This document shows, one piece after another, positions 1 to 9,460 of a stretch of DNA of 64,000 bases (positions are counted from its first letter, which is position 1; every line of letters starts with the position of its first letter). The position numbers and the translations under genes are program-made. The DNA is from an uncultured virus (IMG/VR IMGVR_UViG_3300011587_000017). Its lineage: Duplodnaviria > Heunggongvirae > Uroviricota > Caudoviricetes. Under the pieces are notes generated by a model, which had not been told where the DNA came from, did not search any database, and saw nothing but the letters and a program-made list of their open reading frames with translations. The stretch lies in IMG/VR virus record IMGVR_UViG_3300011587_000017, positions 1 to 64,000 of that record; one strand, written 5' to 3'.

Positions 1-1440
1 ATGAATAATATATTCGCCCACAAGCACCACAGAAAAACGACAATCTTTTCTTTAGCAACAATTATAATATTTATCTCCTTGTTTGCGGGGCTTATTCCGC
101 TCGGATATTGGAGACCAGATGAATTTAGTACGGCTGTACTATTTCGAGATGGCGGGTTAGAAGGGCTGAAACATCGTTTATTCTATTGGAGTCCGAGGCC
201 ATTTTCAGAAATTTTACTTTACGGTTATTTCTGGATAGTTGTTAAACTGAATGATCAATTTATAACTGCTACACTTTCGATCCTTTGGATGATGATGTTC
301 ATCGCGATTTTGGTGCCGTCGGTAGTTGGTCGTCCAAGATCGCGATTGCTAGCGTTTTTCTGTTTTACAGTGCTGCTATTTCTTATTATTGCAGGACAAA
401 AAAACAGCGAAGCTTTATACTGGATTCAAGGATCCGGTGCGTACATTCCAACAATTGTTGGCTTATTGATAGCCTTTGGAGTTCTGGTTACGAGTAGTAT
501 GGAAGAAAGCGCAGCAAGGTTTTTGCTCGCTGCAGGCCTTTCCATAGCGGCGTTAAGTTCAGAAACCGGAGCATTTCTCGTTGGAGGCTTTACAGCCTTA
601 ACGATAATAGTACTGCTGTTTGAGAAACTTTTTCTCAATCATAAAATGCTCCCTAACGGTTTACGTACGACCGGTTTACTTTTCCCGTTCGTTTGCTCAA
701 TTTTCGTTGGTTGCTTCCTTTTGGTCAATCGAACAGGCAGTCAACTCGAAGTATTTGGTGACACTTCTATAGCGCATAGTGTTCTCGGGTCCGGCACGGA
801 GATGCTTAGAACATTACCAAATCGTCTATTTAAATTTGGCGATAACGTGATTTTCGAAGGTATGAGATGGGCCGGCATACCTGTCAAATTACTGTTTGGC
901 TTAGGATGCTATCTAATTTTCCAAACTTTTAGTATCGATAAAAGGTCTGGAAATTTATTACTATTGTTCGGAATTGCGAGCGTCTCAGCAATTGCGGTAT
1001 CATCATTTGCAAGTTATTTTCAGTTTGGATTGCATTGTTGCGAACGTCACTCAACAATGGAACAAGTCTTTGCATGGATGGCAATTGGAAGTGTTTCAGC
1101 TTTTTTTGCTTCTCACTTTATCCTCGGAAAAGATTATTCAAAACTCGGAATATCGTTCTTAATGTGCGCATGTTTTATAACGATGGCGATCCTCTTCAAA
1201 GGAATCATTAAAAACTACCAAGATTTCCGAACAATTGAAGCCAATAACTTTATAACGTGGTCATCTGGTAACGAAAAAAGCGATACGGTAATCCTGCGTA
1301 AATTTCCCCCAGCGAGTATAACACAAGGTGGAAATGATTATGCCTCTCCTGGTGTGTATAACTTGAGTGATAGTGATTTAGCTTGGCACAACAAATACAT
1401 TCTTGATTTCTTCAAGAAGGATAAACTGATCGTTGAATGA
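1..1440 (+). CDS. Polytopic membrane protein, GtrII-like/GT-C-type glycosyltransferase (serotype-conversion moron); may extend left of the window
   Basis: 479 aa, about 10-12 hydrophobic segments, acidic WRPDEF loop after the first TM, soluble C-terminal tail, AT-rich, opposite strand to lysis genes. Confidence 0.55.
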   Translation: MNNIFAHKHHRKTTIFSLATIIIFISLFAGLIPLGYWRPDEFSTAVLFRDGGLEGLKHRLFYWSPRPFSEILLYGYFWIVVKLNDQFITATLSILWMMMFIAILVPSVVGRPRSRLLAFFCFTVLLFLIIAGQKNSEALYWIQGSGAYIPTIVGLLIAFGVLVTSSMEESAARFLLAAGLSIAALSSETGAFLVGGFTALTIIVLLFEKLFLNHKMLPNGLRTTGLLFPFVCSIFVGCFLLVNRTGSQLEVFGDTSIAHSVLGSGTEMLRTLPNRLFKFGDNVIFEGMRWAGIPVKLLFGLGCYLIFQTFSIDKRSGNLLLLFGIASVSAIAVSSFASYFQFGLHCCERHSTMEQVFAWMAIGSVSAFFASHFILGKDYSKLGISFLMCACFITMAILFKGIIKNYQDFRTIEANNFITWSSGNEKSDTVILRKFPPASITQGGNDYASPGVYNLSDSDLAWHNKYILDFFKKDKLIVE

Positions 1441-1540
1441 CCCGCTAAAGGCGCCTTGTATTGGACGACCTTCAGTTGAAAAGACAATCTGAACGATGAT
1501 TACGGTCTTTGCGGAAGTGGTAACCACTACCATATCAAAT

Positions 1541-1567
1541 AACCCCGCCGAAGCGGGGCTATTTTTT
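1541..1567. terminator. Bidirectional intrinsic terminator
   Basis: CCCCGC-CGAA-GCGGGG hairpin with T-rich tails on both strands between convergent genes. Confidence 0.75.
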
Positions 1568-1858
1568 GTCTTGTGCTAGAACGGCCAACACCTGATCGAG
1601 GCGCTTGTTCGTCTCTTTCAAGCCTTCGCGGGTTTCGTCTCGCATTTCCTTCATGCCATCTCGTAATTGCCTGACATGGTCATCAAGATCGACACGGCGC
1701 ACATATTCGTCGCGCACGCGGTTCACACGCTCGTGCAACTGATCGTCGCCTGATTTGATCGATGCTGACAATGAGCGAAAGGCCGTCAGAAGTGCGCCGC
1801 CAAAGAAAAGGCTTAGCGTGATCGCCGTTCCGATCAACCACTTGATATCATCGCCCAT
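1559..1858 (-). CDS. Lysis-cassette membrane protein (holin-like; N-terminal TM plus coiled coil)
   Basis: TM WLIGTAITLSLFFGGALL then charged helix; last gene of the lysis cassette. Confidence 0.55.
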   Translation of the reverse strand: MGDDIKWLIGTAITLSLFFGGALLTAFRSLSASIKSGDDQLHERVNRVRDEYVRRVDLDDHVRQLRDGMKEMRDETREGLKETNKRLDQVLAVLAQDKK

Positions 1859-2044
1859 TTACCAGCAGCCTCGCCGTTTTCCGTTTTCATCGTTGCCCTC
1901 GACCCGCTCAGCCGCAAGCCGATCCGTTCGTGTCAGCGCTACCAATCCAGCCGCGCTGAGATTATTTTGACGCCATCCCCCGCAGCTGCTCACAGTCTGC
2001 GGATTGCAGGCCGCGACGGCGAAGAGACACGACACAAAAATCAT
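1859..2044 (-). CDS. Outer-membrane spanin (Rz1-like lipoprotein)
   Basis: Signal peptide MIFVSCLFAVAA-C lipobox; overlaps the upstream spanin gene in another frame. Confidence 0.65.
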   Translation of the reverse strand: MIFVSCLFAVAACNPQTVSSCGGWRQNNLSAAGLVALTRTDRLAAERVEGNDENGKRRGCW

Positions 2045-2249
2045 AGTCCGACAGAGAACGTAGCTTCGCATCGTCCTTCACCCTTTCGCGTTCAGCCTTA
2101 ATGTCAGATTGCAGTTGCTCGGCTTTTGCTTGCTGGCGACCTTCGCGCTTGCCTAGCAGATAGCCGCCGCCCGCAATGATGCAGGCAGTGACGATTCCGG
2201 CGAGAAGGTATTTCAGCCAGGCCGGAATGAGTTTCCAGATGATCGCCAT
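1962..2249 (-). CDS. Inner-membrane spanin (Rz-like)
   Basis: N-terminal TM then helical periplasmic region; follows the endolysin. Confidence 0.6.
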   Translation of the reverse strand: MAIIWKLIPAWLKYLLAGIVTACIIAGGGYLLGKREGRQQAKAEQLQSDIKAERERVKDDAKLRSLSDYDFCVVSLRRRGLQSADCEQLRGMASK

Positions 2250-3076
2250 CAGACGAACTCTCTGGAAAGCTCTTTGACGGCCTTATACAAATCGAAGCGG
2301 CGTTTGATTGCGTAGGCAGCAAACCCGCCAACCATTGCGCAGATGAAAAGCTGCGCACGCCAATCCAGACCGCCGAGGAAGGTGCCGACAGCTGTAACGG
2401 CCATTCCGATGCCGGTGAGAAAGTTTGTGATCACCGTCTTTGACTTCACGGGACTTTCGCCCAGTTCGCCTGGATCTGCTACAATAGGAACCTTTTCAAC
2501 GACCACAGCTTGATCCGCTGATTGCGGAGCGGATCCCGCCGCTTTCACCTTATCGAGGATCGCTTCCATCCGCTCCGGTGCTACCAAAGCCTTATTGAGC
2601 TTGTCTCCTGCATAAAAGGTTTCGCCGCGCTGCAATGCGCGACTGGCACCCTTCGTCGGTGCAAGGACTGGAAAGGATGCCCATTCCTGCGCCAACCGTC
2701 GCCCGAACTCAGTACGGCTGATCTTGCCCGCAATGAAATCATTATAACCGCGACGGATCGCAAGATGATATCCGAGGCGATCTTGCAAGTCCGGATCCAT
2801 GATCTGGGTTCCGCGCAAGCGTAGCTCAGTTTTCAGATTGCGCAGCGTGTTCCGCATGAACTGATATCCACCGGCAGCTGACGACTTAAACCGCTTGGTG
2901 AATGTAGGCTGAGTGGCGATCAGTTCATCGATCGTCATCGAGGTGACTTTCTTCGATATCTTTCCTTCATTGTGACCGTAGATCACATCGTAAGAGGAGC
3001 GGTCGGTTTTGCCGGTCTCGATGAGACGCGTGAAATCAAGCAAAAGCGCCGCGCCTGCTGGCACGGTTTTGTCCAT
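2249..3076 (-). CDS. Endolysin, lambda-R-like lytic transglycosylase (GH104-like) with C-terminal hydrophobic segments
   Basis: Motifs IETG..SYDVIYG, SSAAGGYQFM, QDRL, EWASFP; two C-terminal TM-like stretches. Confidence 0.8.
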   Translation of the reverse strand: MDKTVPAGAALLLDFTRLIETGKTDRSSYDVIYGHNEGKISKKVTSMTIDELIATQPTFTKRFKSSAAGGYQFMRNTLRNLKTELRLRGTQIMDPDLQDRLGYHLAIRRGYNDFIAGKISRTEFGRRLAQEWASFPVLAPTKGASRALQRGETFYAGDKLNKALVAPERMEAILDKVKAAGSAPQSADQAVVVEKVPIVADPGELGESPVKSKTVITNFLTGIGMAVTAVGTFLGGLDWRAQLFICAMVGGFAAYAIKRRFDLYKAVKELSREFV

Positions 3077-3230
3077 TGTCTTTTCCTGAGATTGTGAGAT
3101 TATTTACTTTCCGCGCCTGCCAAAACCCATAAGCCCAAGGTGCGCTACCCCGGTTCATGGCTGCCCGCCTGCCGGGGTTTTGTTCTTTTATAAGCTGCGA
3201 TAAAAGTGCGTGAACTGAAGGGAGGAATGA

Positions 3231-3329
3231 GTGTTTCTGATCGACGTTTTGAACGAACAAATCATCCCGATCATCGTATTAACTGTCGCCGTGCTGATTC
3301 TTTGTATTTTGATATGGCGATCAGTATGA
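3231..3329 (+). CDS. Small single-TM peptide, 32 aa (MFLIDVLNEQIIPIIVLTVAVLILCILIWRSV), not in ORF track
   Basis: GGAGG RBS 5 nt before GTG; strongly hydrophobic core. Confidence 0.5.
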   Translation: MFLIDVLNEQIIPIIVLTVAVLILCILIWRSV

Positions 3330-3419
3330 AAATCGCCGCAAGGGCGTCTCTCATAGGTTGATTTGTTAACTTTAGGTGATGGGTGTACAGATCAGAAAAT
3401 TTAAGTGAGGCGACTGAAT

Positions 3420-3638
3420 ATGAATGGTCCAATTGCATTTAATTTGTTCGGCTTTCACATTACCCTTGGGCGAGAAAACACTGATTGGCGAGATGTGCGC
3501 GCCGGAAAGAACGTTCGTTTAAATGATGGAAGCTGTAGCGATGGCCTGATTATGCGCCGGACCTTGAACGGCAAATACGAATATCGCATGATGACCGATC
3601 AAGAAGTTTCTGCGTTCCATATGCGGACAGCTTGGTAA
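3420..3638 (+). CDS. Hypothetical moron protein
   Basis: ORF opposite to late genes, GAGG before ATG 3420, followed by a terminator. Confidence 0.55.
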   Translation: MNGPIAFNLFGFHITLGRENTDWRDVRAGKNVRLNDGSCSDGLIMRRTLNGKYEYRMMTDQEVSAFHMRTAW

Positions 3639-3644
3639 AAGAGT

Positions 3645-3674
3645 ACCCTGCGCTAGTCTTTCATAGCGCAGGGT
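3645..3674. terminator. Hairpin terminator between convergent genes
   Basis: ACCCTGCGCTA-8nt-TAGCGCAGGGT perfect 11-bp stem. Confidence 0.7.
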
Positions 3675-3697
3675 TAGTACATTTCGTTTAAAACAAA

Positions 3698-4774
3698 CTA
3701 TGCCCTAGCGGCCATTTTTGACGCTATTTTCCTGCCCCAGTCATTCGACGGCTTTTCAAGTAGGCGGTAGGTTATGCTTGCCACACAAATTACGATGACT
3801 GCCGTAACTAGCAGACAGGCCACGTAGGTCGCGACATGCCCAAAATCCCACTCTCGCATCTTTGCGTAAAATGGAAATAAGGCGGCAACAATTGGTCCGT
3901 GAACAAGGTAAACAGAGTAGCTAATCTTCCCCAACCATGACGTGCATCGGTTAACAATGAAGCTAGGCTGTATCTGGCTCATACCAACCACGAGACACGC
4001 GAACATCAGTCCCTGCCAGTAGTAAGCAGGCACAAACGCAACTTGTCCTTTGACTATCGCAAAAAACAGAACTGGCACCGAACCTAACAGGATGAGCGCG
4101 ATACCTCTAGAGTTCTTAGAATTACGCAGGAGTGGGACGGCGTAAAAAGCTACCAAACCAAACATAAAAATCGGAGCTCTATAGAAGATCGAGTACATAT
4201 TGTAAGTGCCGGGGTCGGCAACGAAAATATGTATCACACTATAAAAAATCGCTGAAATCGTTAAAGCGACTGCAACCGCAAAAATGCTTTTATAAATATC
4301 CCTCGTCCGATGGTACACAAACGGGAAGATGGCGTAGAAGGCCATTTCAACACCGATGGTCCAGCCAGCAATTACAAGAGAAGTCTGGTAGCTATGCCCC
4401 GGTATGAAGTTGAATATGAAAAAGACATTAGCAAGCAGGGTGTTGAAATTGAACGTAAATCCAGCAGGATTGAAAAAATAAGTTACTACGATCATCAAAT
4501 AGAAAAGCGGCGCGATGCGAAAAAAACGTCGTAGAGCGAAACCTAGTAGAGGACGTTCTTCTTTTGCGTGACCAGGCATACTCAGGCATAGAGAGAAGGC
4601 ACTCAGGACGAAGAATAATTCAACGCCCATAACACCATTTGTCACGTAGACGCCAAACCACTCCGGCAAATAAAACGCAGGCTGAGGCATATTCGCAACG
4701 TGAACCATAACGACCCAGAGCGCAGCAAAACCACGCAGCGCATCAAGGTACTGAATTCTATCTTTTGTGAGCAT
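3698..4774 (-). CDS. Acyltransferase-3 family (OafA/Oac-like) membrane O-acyltransferase
   Basis: LDALRGFAALWVVMVH, GVELFFVLS, RRFFRIAPL, WTIGVEMAFY, LGKISYSVYLVH motifs; about 10 TMs. Confidence 0.92.
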   Translation of the reverse strand: MLTKDRIQYLDALRGFAALWVVMVHVANMPQPAFYLPEWFGVYVTNGVMGVELFFVLSAFSLCLSMPGHAKEERPLLGFALRRFFRIAPLFYLMIVVTYFFNPAGFTFNFNTLLANVFFIFNFIPGHSYQTSLVIAGWTIGVEMAFYAIFPFVYHRTRDIYKSIFAVAVALTISAIFYSVIHIFVADPGTYNMYSIFYRAPIFMFGLVAFYAVPLLRNSKNSRGIALILLGSVPVLFFAIVKGQVAFVPAYYWQGLMFACLVVGMSQIQPSFIVNRCTSWLGKISYSVYLVHGPIVAALFPFYAKMREWDFGHVATYVACLLVTAVIVICVASITYRLLEKPSNDWGRKIASKMAARA

Positions 4775-4778
4775 AATA

Positions 4779-4870
4779 AAATTTCACCGATCACTGCATT
4801 GAAAAAACTCAAAAGTGATCACTCTGTTATCAAGCGTCCTTGAGAATGGGAACAGAGATCGGTGAAATTT
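4779..4870. repeat. 14-bp perfect inverted repeat in the acyltransferase leader
   Basis: AAATTTCACCGATC (4779-4792) and GATCGGTGAAATTT (4857-4870). Confidence 0.9.
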
Positions 4871-4879
4871 CTTCACATT

Positions 4880-7231
4880 TTATCGTAAGGTACTTAGCTT
4901 GTTCACACTTAGCAGCCCGTTTCCGCTTTTTCTGATGCCGAAAAACCCACCCAAAAATGGCACTGAGACTGTTGCCCCCACCGACCCGACTCCATCCACC
5001 CACACCTGAAGGCTGGATGGTGAACCCGCCGCAAGGTAGACCCGGAAGTCTTTGGACTGGCCGGATATATCAGCGGAACCGATAGCTGTCTTGCTGTAAG
5101 CGCCTTCACCGTTTGCCTGGAATATTGTTAGATAGCCAGTTGTTTCATCGCAACCAACTCCAAGCCCCATTACAGCAACACCGTCTGTCGCGTTAGCAGC
5201 CCATTGTCCAAATATGCAGACAGCATCCCCTTTATTAAACGCGGCGGTAAATCCAATATCGAGCGGGCCTGAAAAACGATCAAGGTGAATCTGGTCTGTG
5301 ATTTCAATGGCATCAGAATTGCCATTCGAAACAGATAGCAGCGCCTTTCCCAAAATTTCAGTGTAAGTTAAAAGCGCATGTGGGCCAGCATTCTTAAATC
5401 GTAGTTCTTGGGAAGTGGAGTTACGGACCCTCAAGTAATTGGCACCGATGGACCAAGTGGACGCATCGGCAGAAATAGACACCATATGAAGGCCGGGCGG
5501 AACGTTTCTAGCGACACAAATTTCATGATCTTGGATATAGCGACCACCATAGCCGGCTGAATGGCGCTGAGAAATTCCGCCGACATAGACCTGATCAAGC
5601 CCCACTCCTGCAGCTTCTACGCCACCAATCCAAATCGGATACGCTAAGAACAGATCCAGACCGGGTTTTTCGATCTTAATCAGCATTTTTATACTCTTCG
5701 CAACGTTATCTGTACTGCTTATGAGTTGCATACCTGTTCGGCTATTGACCGCAGCCGATACTGGGTTGTAGGGGGTGATTAGCACGGTGGGCGATGCCAC
5801 TGAAACGATCTCTCCATCTGTGGAAACACCTTGCTGAGGATGCATAAATGGTGCCGCCATCAGCTGGCCGATATAATTATAAGCCAGCTGCGTAGGATGG
5901 ACGCCATCTGGAAGGATTTGCTGTACCTTGTAACGGCCACAAGTGAGCAGCTGCCAAGTCTGTTGAAATGCATCAACTAAGGCCACCCTATCCGTCCTAC
6001 ATACTTCACGCACAACTTCAGCGTAAGATTTGAGACGTTCCGATTTATCGATCACACCAAGCGAAGGCACCGGCGCTAAAACATTCGGTGTCATTAGGAC
6101 AGGTATTTTCCCAGCTGCTCTTATGATACGAACGATTTCAAAGAGGTTGGCTTTATAATCGCCAATTGGCGTTGGTGGTGTGTTCTGGCAGTCGTTAATC
6201 CCGTGGTTGCAGAATACTATATCTGCATCACTTTCAGAGATGCGCTCTCGGAATGTTTTTCCACTCCCGTCCGTTCCTGCAAGCATACTTACAGTACGCG
6301 TTCCACTAATGGCTTTATTGTTAACATCAATACTGCCGTTGGAATAATAGTCGCGAAGAAACATCTGAAGTTTTGCCGGAGCAGGAATGGCGGCAATGTA
6401 ATCTGGAGGATTAGTTACGTCCACACCAACCATTGTGCTATCACCAAAGCAGTCGATCTTTACAGGCTGGGCATTAAACATGCTGACAGCAAAGCTCCGC
6501 AGGCGGTCATCCTCTTCTACTGCTTGAAACCAGCGTCCCTCCCCGTCTTGGACCTTACTGAAATGTGCTGGTTCGGTAGAGCTTTCTAGATAAAGTGAAA
6601 GCGCCTTATCTCCAGCCGCACTATAACCATTTGTGCGAAATGCATTTATTGCTACAGGAACTACTAACGTTTCAATTGCATCGCGAGACGAGTAGATTGG
6701 CACATTGCTCTGTGAGACAGCATCGGAAGCTGCGTTTTGAGCTTGATCTCTCGCTAATTCAGCGGCTGCTTTAGCGGCTTCAGCACTAACAACCATTTCT
6801 TCAACAATGCTTTCGACATTGCCATAAGAAAGCATACGGAGCGTTGAGCCTGTATCAATACACAAAACAGCCATGCCAGGCTTAAGATATCCATTCGGAA
6901 CTGGCTGGCTCGTATTCGTCACCAAGGCACGGTTGATAGCACCGGAAACTGTTACAGCTCCGGTGTTTGCTTGCGTTACGTTCAGGACATATAGGACCTG
7001 ATAAGCTGCTGATGGGATCGCAACTGACGACGAGACAACAATGTTATTGGCCGTTCCCTCGTTCGCATTGTTAAGGCGAATTACTCGATTGTCAGGAAAT
7101 GTCGACAAGCCCTCAAGCAGCTTTTTGAGGGTATCGCGAATATCTGGCTTGTACGGATTGAACGGTCCTGATGCGGGCATTCCTTCAATCACGAAATCGC
7201 GGAAGATATCGTCAATAGTGCGAACGGTCAT
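4880..7231 (-). CDS. Tail fibre/spike with SGNH/GDSL hydrolase domain
   Basis: Last tail gene; N-terminal anchor and coiled coil, then SGNH blocks FGDST, NKAISG, GIND, DGVHP; beta-rich C-terminus. Confidence 0.8.
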   Translation of the reverse strand: MTVRTIDDIFRDFVIEGMPASGPFNPYKPDIRDTLKKLLEGLSTFPDNRVIRLNNANEGTANNIVVSSSVAIPSAAYQVLYVLNVTQANTGAVTVSGAINRALVTNTSQPVPNGYLKPGMAVLCIDTGSTLRMLSYGNVESIVEEMVVSAEAAKAAAELARDQAQNAASDAVSQSNVPIYSSRDAIETLVVPVAINAFRTNGYSAAGDKALSLYLESSTEPAHFSKVQDGEGRWFQAVEEDDRLRSFAVSMFNAQPVKIDCFGDSTMVGVDVTNPPDYIAAIPAPAKLQMFLRDYYSNGSIDVNNKAISGTRTVSMLAGTDGSGKTFRERISESDADIVFCNHGINDCQNTPPTPIGDYKANLFEIVRIIRAAGKIPVLMTPNVLAPVPSLGVIDKSERLKSYAEVVREVCRTDRVALVDAFQQTWQLLTCGRYKVQQILPDGVHPTQLAYNYIGQLMAAPFMHPQQGVSTDGEIVSVASPTVLITPYNPVSAAVNSRTGMQLISSTDNVAKSIKMLIKIEKPGLDLFLAYPIWIGGVEAAGVGLDQVYVGGISQRHSAGYGGRYIQDHEICVARNVPPGLHMVSISADASTWSIGANYLRVRNSTSQELRFKNAGPHALLTYTEILGKALLSVSNGNSDAIEITDQIHLDRFSGPLDIGFTAAFNKGDAVCIFGQWAANATDGVAVMGLGVGCDETTGYLTIFQANGEGAYSKTAIGSADISGQSKDFRVYLAAGSPSSLQVWVDGVGSVGATVSVPFLGGFFGIRKSGNGLLSVNKLSTLR

Positions 7232-7295
7232 GCGATTGCTCCATGGCAATTAGCCCCGCCAGAGCAGGGAGGAATTATCTAGTTTGCTTTGATGA

Positions 7296-9068
7296 TCAGG
7301 GGGTCGTTTTGATTGTGCTGGCCGAGTAAGTTCCAATTCGTCCCTTTTCCGTCCGCATTGCTAACTGAAATTCATATTCTGCTGCTGCGGAAAGGCCCGG
7401 CGTCGTGTAGGTCTCGGCATTGTTTGCAAGTGGACCGAACGTTGTCCACTCAGTGTCTGAGGTCTTTTTCCATCGAACCATATAGCTCAGAAGAAGGTTT
7501 CCCGTTGGCGGAAAACTTAGTTCAGCAACGGGTCCCGACTGAATTATTACATCAGGTGCGGATGGGATCGGCAGATCGTCATCAACGGTGCTGCTGTCCG
7601 ATACCGGCGCAGTCCCCTCTTGGCTAACATCCCATTGGTATGCCGTCTGTGGCATTGATTGAACCTGAATGGTCGCTCCCAACAAAATACCGCCTTCTCC
7701 AAGAATGAACTTGAAATCAATCACCTCAAAGACGCTGTTGATCCCAAAAAGAGGGTACTGTATGCGCACAAACCGTTCGCCAAACGCTGCAAGGCCCATA
7801 AGATTAGTGTTGAACGTTCCGACCCAATTCGGATTTGCTCGGAACCATTCGAGTTTCATCAAGCGCCGTGCCTGACTGTGTGAAGGGGCCATATTGAACT
7901 GAACATCTTTGGCTTCTTCACCACGCTCAGACACATCGTTTTCGTCAGCCCAAGGGTCTGCATCAGTGGACTGATAATCCTGATTTGGATCAAGAAATGT
8001 CGCACGGATGGTGTTCGCTGACGTCATCACATCGCGGCCACGACCAACCTCAGAAAAGCCCGTGATCGAGTCGGTCGTTAAAATAACTGAAGGCTCGGCC
8101 CATGCGCCCACATCAAGGGTCAAGCCTCCGTCTGGCGTAGGAACCAAACGACCGTCACAACAAGCAAGCATCCGACCCAGAACGTCCGCTGGACGCTCAT
8201 TAAGCTGATAAGATCCCCAGAGACGATAGCGCGGTTCGGTGCCTCCGGCAGATATCGCAACGCCCTCGTTTGAACGATTGTATGCGGCCACCCACCCCGC
8301 CTGTGCCAATGGTGTGGTGAAGAGACTTTCAGGCAAGCGCATACCGTCCCGATGCGTCATGTAATCACGGATGACCGCAGCTGCCTTGTCGTTCCACTCA
8401 GTCACGCCAGTTACAGGGTTTTTGACCAACGAGGTGCGGGCGACAACACGATAATTGGTATTGATGCCGTTTGAAAAAAGGCTGAGATAATACTCCTGCC
8501 CGACTGCGTACTGACATGCGAGAAGTGAAGCCACACCATCACCTCGATGGTCGTATGTCCATTCCGGAAAGTTTACCAGTAGCTCGTCATAGGAGGTTTC
8601 AGTAGGCTGGCCCAATCGGCTTAGGATGCGCAGAAGTGGCGCGCCGGTTCCGCCTTGTCTGTAAGGCGTCGGTCCAATCGGGTATCCATCACCGTCGAGC
8701 GGTAGATAATTGTCATCAATCCAAAAGCTTTCGATCCCATCGAACGGCCCCTGCCCCAGCGCCAACACCTTATAGAAATTGCCGCTTTTCGTTTCAGCAA
8801 AGGCCCATGTGCCTGACATTTTCACACGTCCGTAATGCCGGATACGCGGTGCAGTCGGCTGGCGCACCTGCTGTTGAACATCTTCCGGCTTGGGTTGTGA
8901 TGGCCTGAATATGGATGATGCCAAGTATGACAGACCAAGAGACAGTGCCAAGCCGCCAAGGGTTGTAGATGCGAACATCGTGATTGCAGCAAGACCGGTT
9001 TGTAAAGCTGCACCAATAGCACCTGTGCCGATAATGCTTGCAATTATGCCGGAAAGAGCTACTGGCAT
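7296..9068 (-). CDS. Tail tip/central fibre protein with C-terminal FN3 domain
   Basis: RIRHYGRVK motif; C-terminal YMVRWK...GL...EYEFQL FN3 pattern. Confidence 0.75.
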   Translation of the reverse strand: MPVALSGIIASIIGTGAIGAALQTGLAAITMFASTTLGGLALSLGLSYLASSIFRPSQPKPEDVQQQVRQPTAPRIRHYGRVKMSGTWAFAETKSGNFYKVLALGQGPFDGIESFWIDDNYLPLDGDGYPIGPTPYRQGGTGAPLLRILSRLGQPTETSYDELLVNFPEWTYDHRGDGVASLLACQYAVGQEYYLSLFSNGINTNYRVVARTSLVKNPVTGVTEWNDKAAAVIRDYMTHRDGMRLPESLFTTPLAQAGWVAAYNRSNEGVAISAGGTEPRYRLWGSYQLNERPADVLGRMLACCDGRLVPTPDGGLTLDVGAWAEPSVILTTDSITGFSEVGRGRDVMTSANTIRATFLDPNQDYQSTDADPWADENDVSERGEEAKDVQFNMAPSHSQARRLMKLEWFRANPNWVGTFNTNLMGLAAFGERFVRIQYPLFGINSVFEVIDFKFILGEGGILLGATIQVQSMPQTAYQWDVSQEGTAPVSDSSTVDDDLPIPSAPDVIIQSGPVAELSFPPTGNLLLSYMVRWKKTSDTEWTTFGPLANNAETYTTPGLSAAAEYEFQLAMRTEKGRIGTYSASTIKTTP

Positions 9069-9451
9069 TGAATTCTCCAAGCTTTCCAGAGAGCATCAAG
9101 AGGCGCGCCGATGAGGCCGCTTTCATCCCGTGAGAACCAGAATGTTTCAGCGTGAATGGCGAGGCATAGTTTTCGATTGTGCATGATCAGCCCGGCATCG
9201 CCGATCTGTGGCGCATCCGTTTTTTCAAAGCCGACCAGCTTCATTGCCCGGTTGACGATGACCGGGAACCCGCCGCGCTCGATCAGAAGCGCCGTTGCGT
9301 CATACTCATCGCGATAAATCAGCCCAGCCTGCACTAGAGGTGATTTGCCTGTCTGAAGATTGATCCAGCGATCAGCCGTTGAAGCACAATCGGTCTCGCC
9401 CCACCGAAAAGGCTTTAACGCCTCGGCTGCTACAAAATCAGCGATGTGCAT
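9059..9451 (-). CDS. Tail assembly protein, NlpC/P60-like (DUF6950-type)
   Basis: PFRWGETDC motif; position in tail-tip module. Confidence 0.7.
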   Translation of the reverse strand: MHIADFVAAEALKPFRWGETDCASTADRWINLQTGKSPLVQAGLIYRDEYDATALLIERGGFPVIVNRAMKLVGFEKTDAPQIGDAGLIMHNRKLCLAIHAETFWFSRDESGLIGAPLDALWKAWRIQCQ

Positions 9452-9460
9452 GGCTTGACC

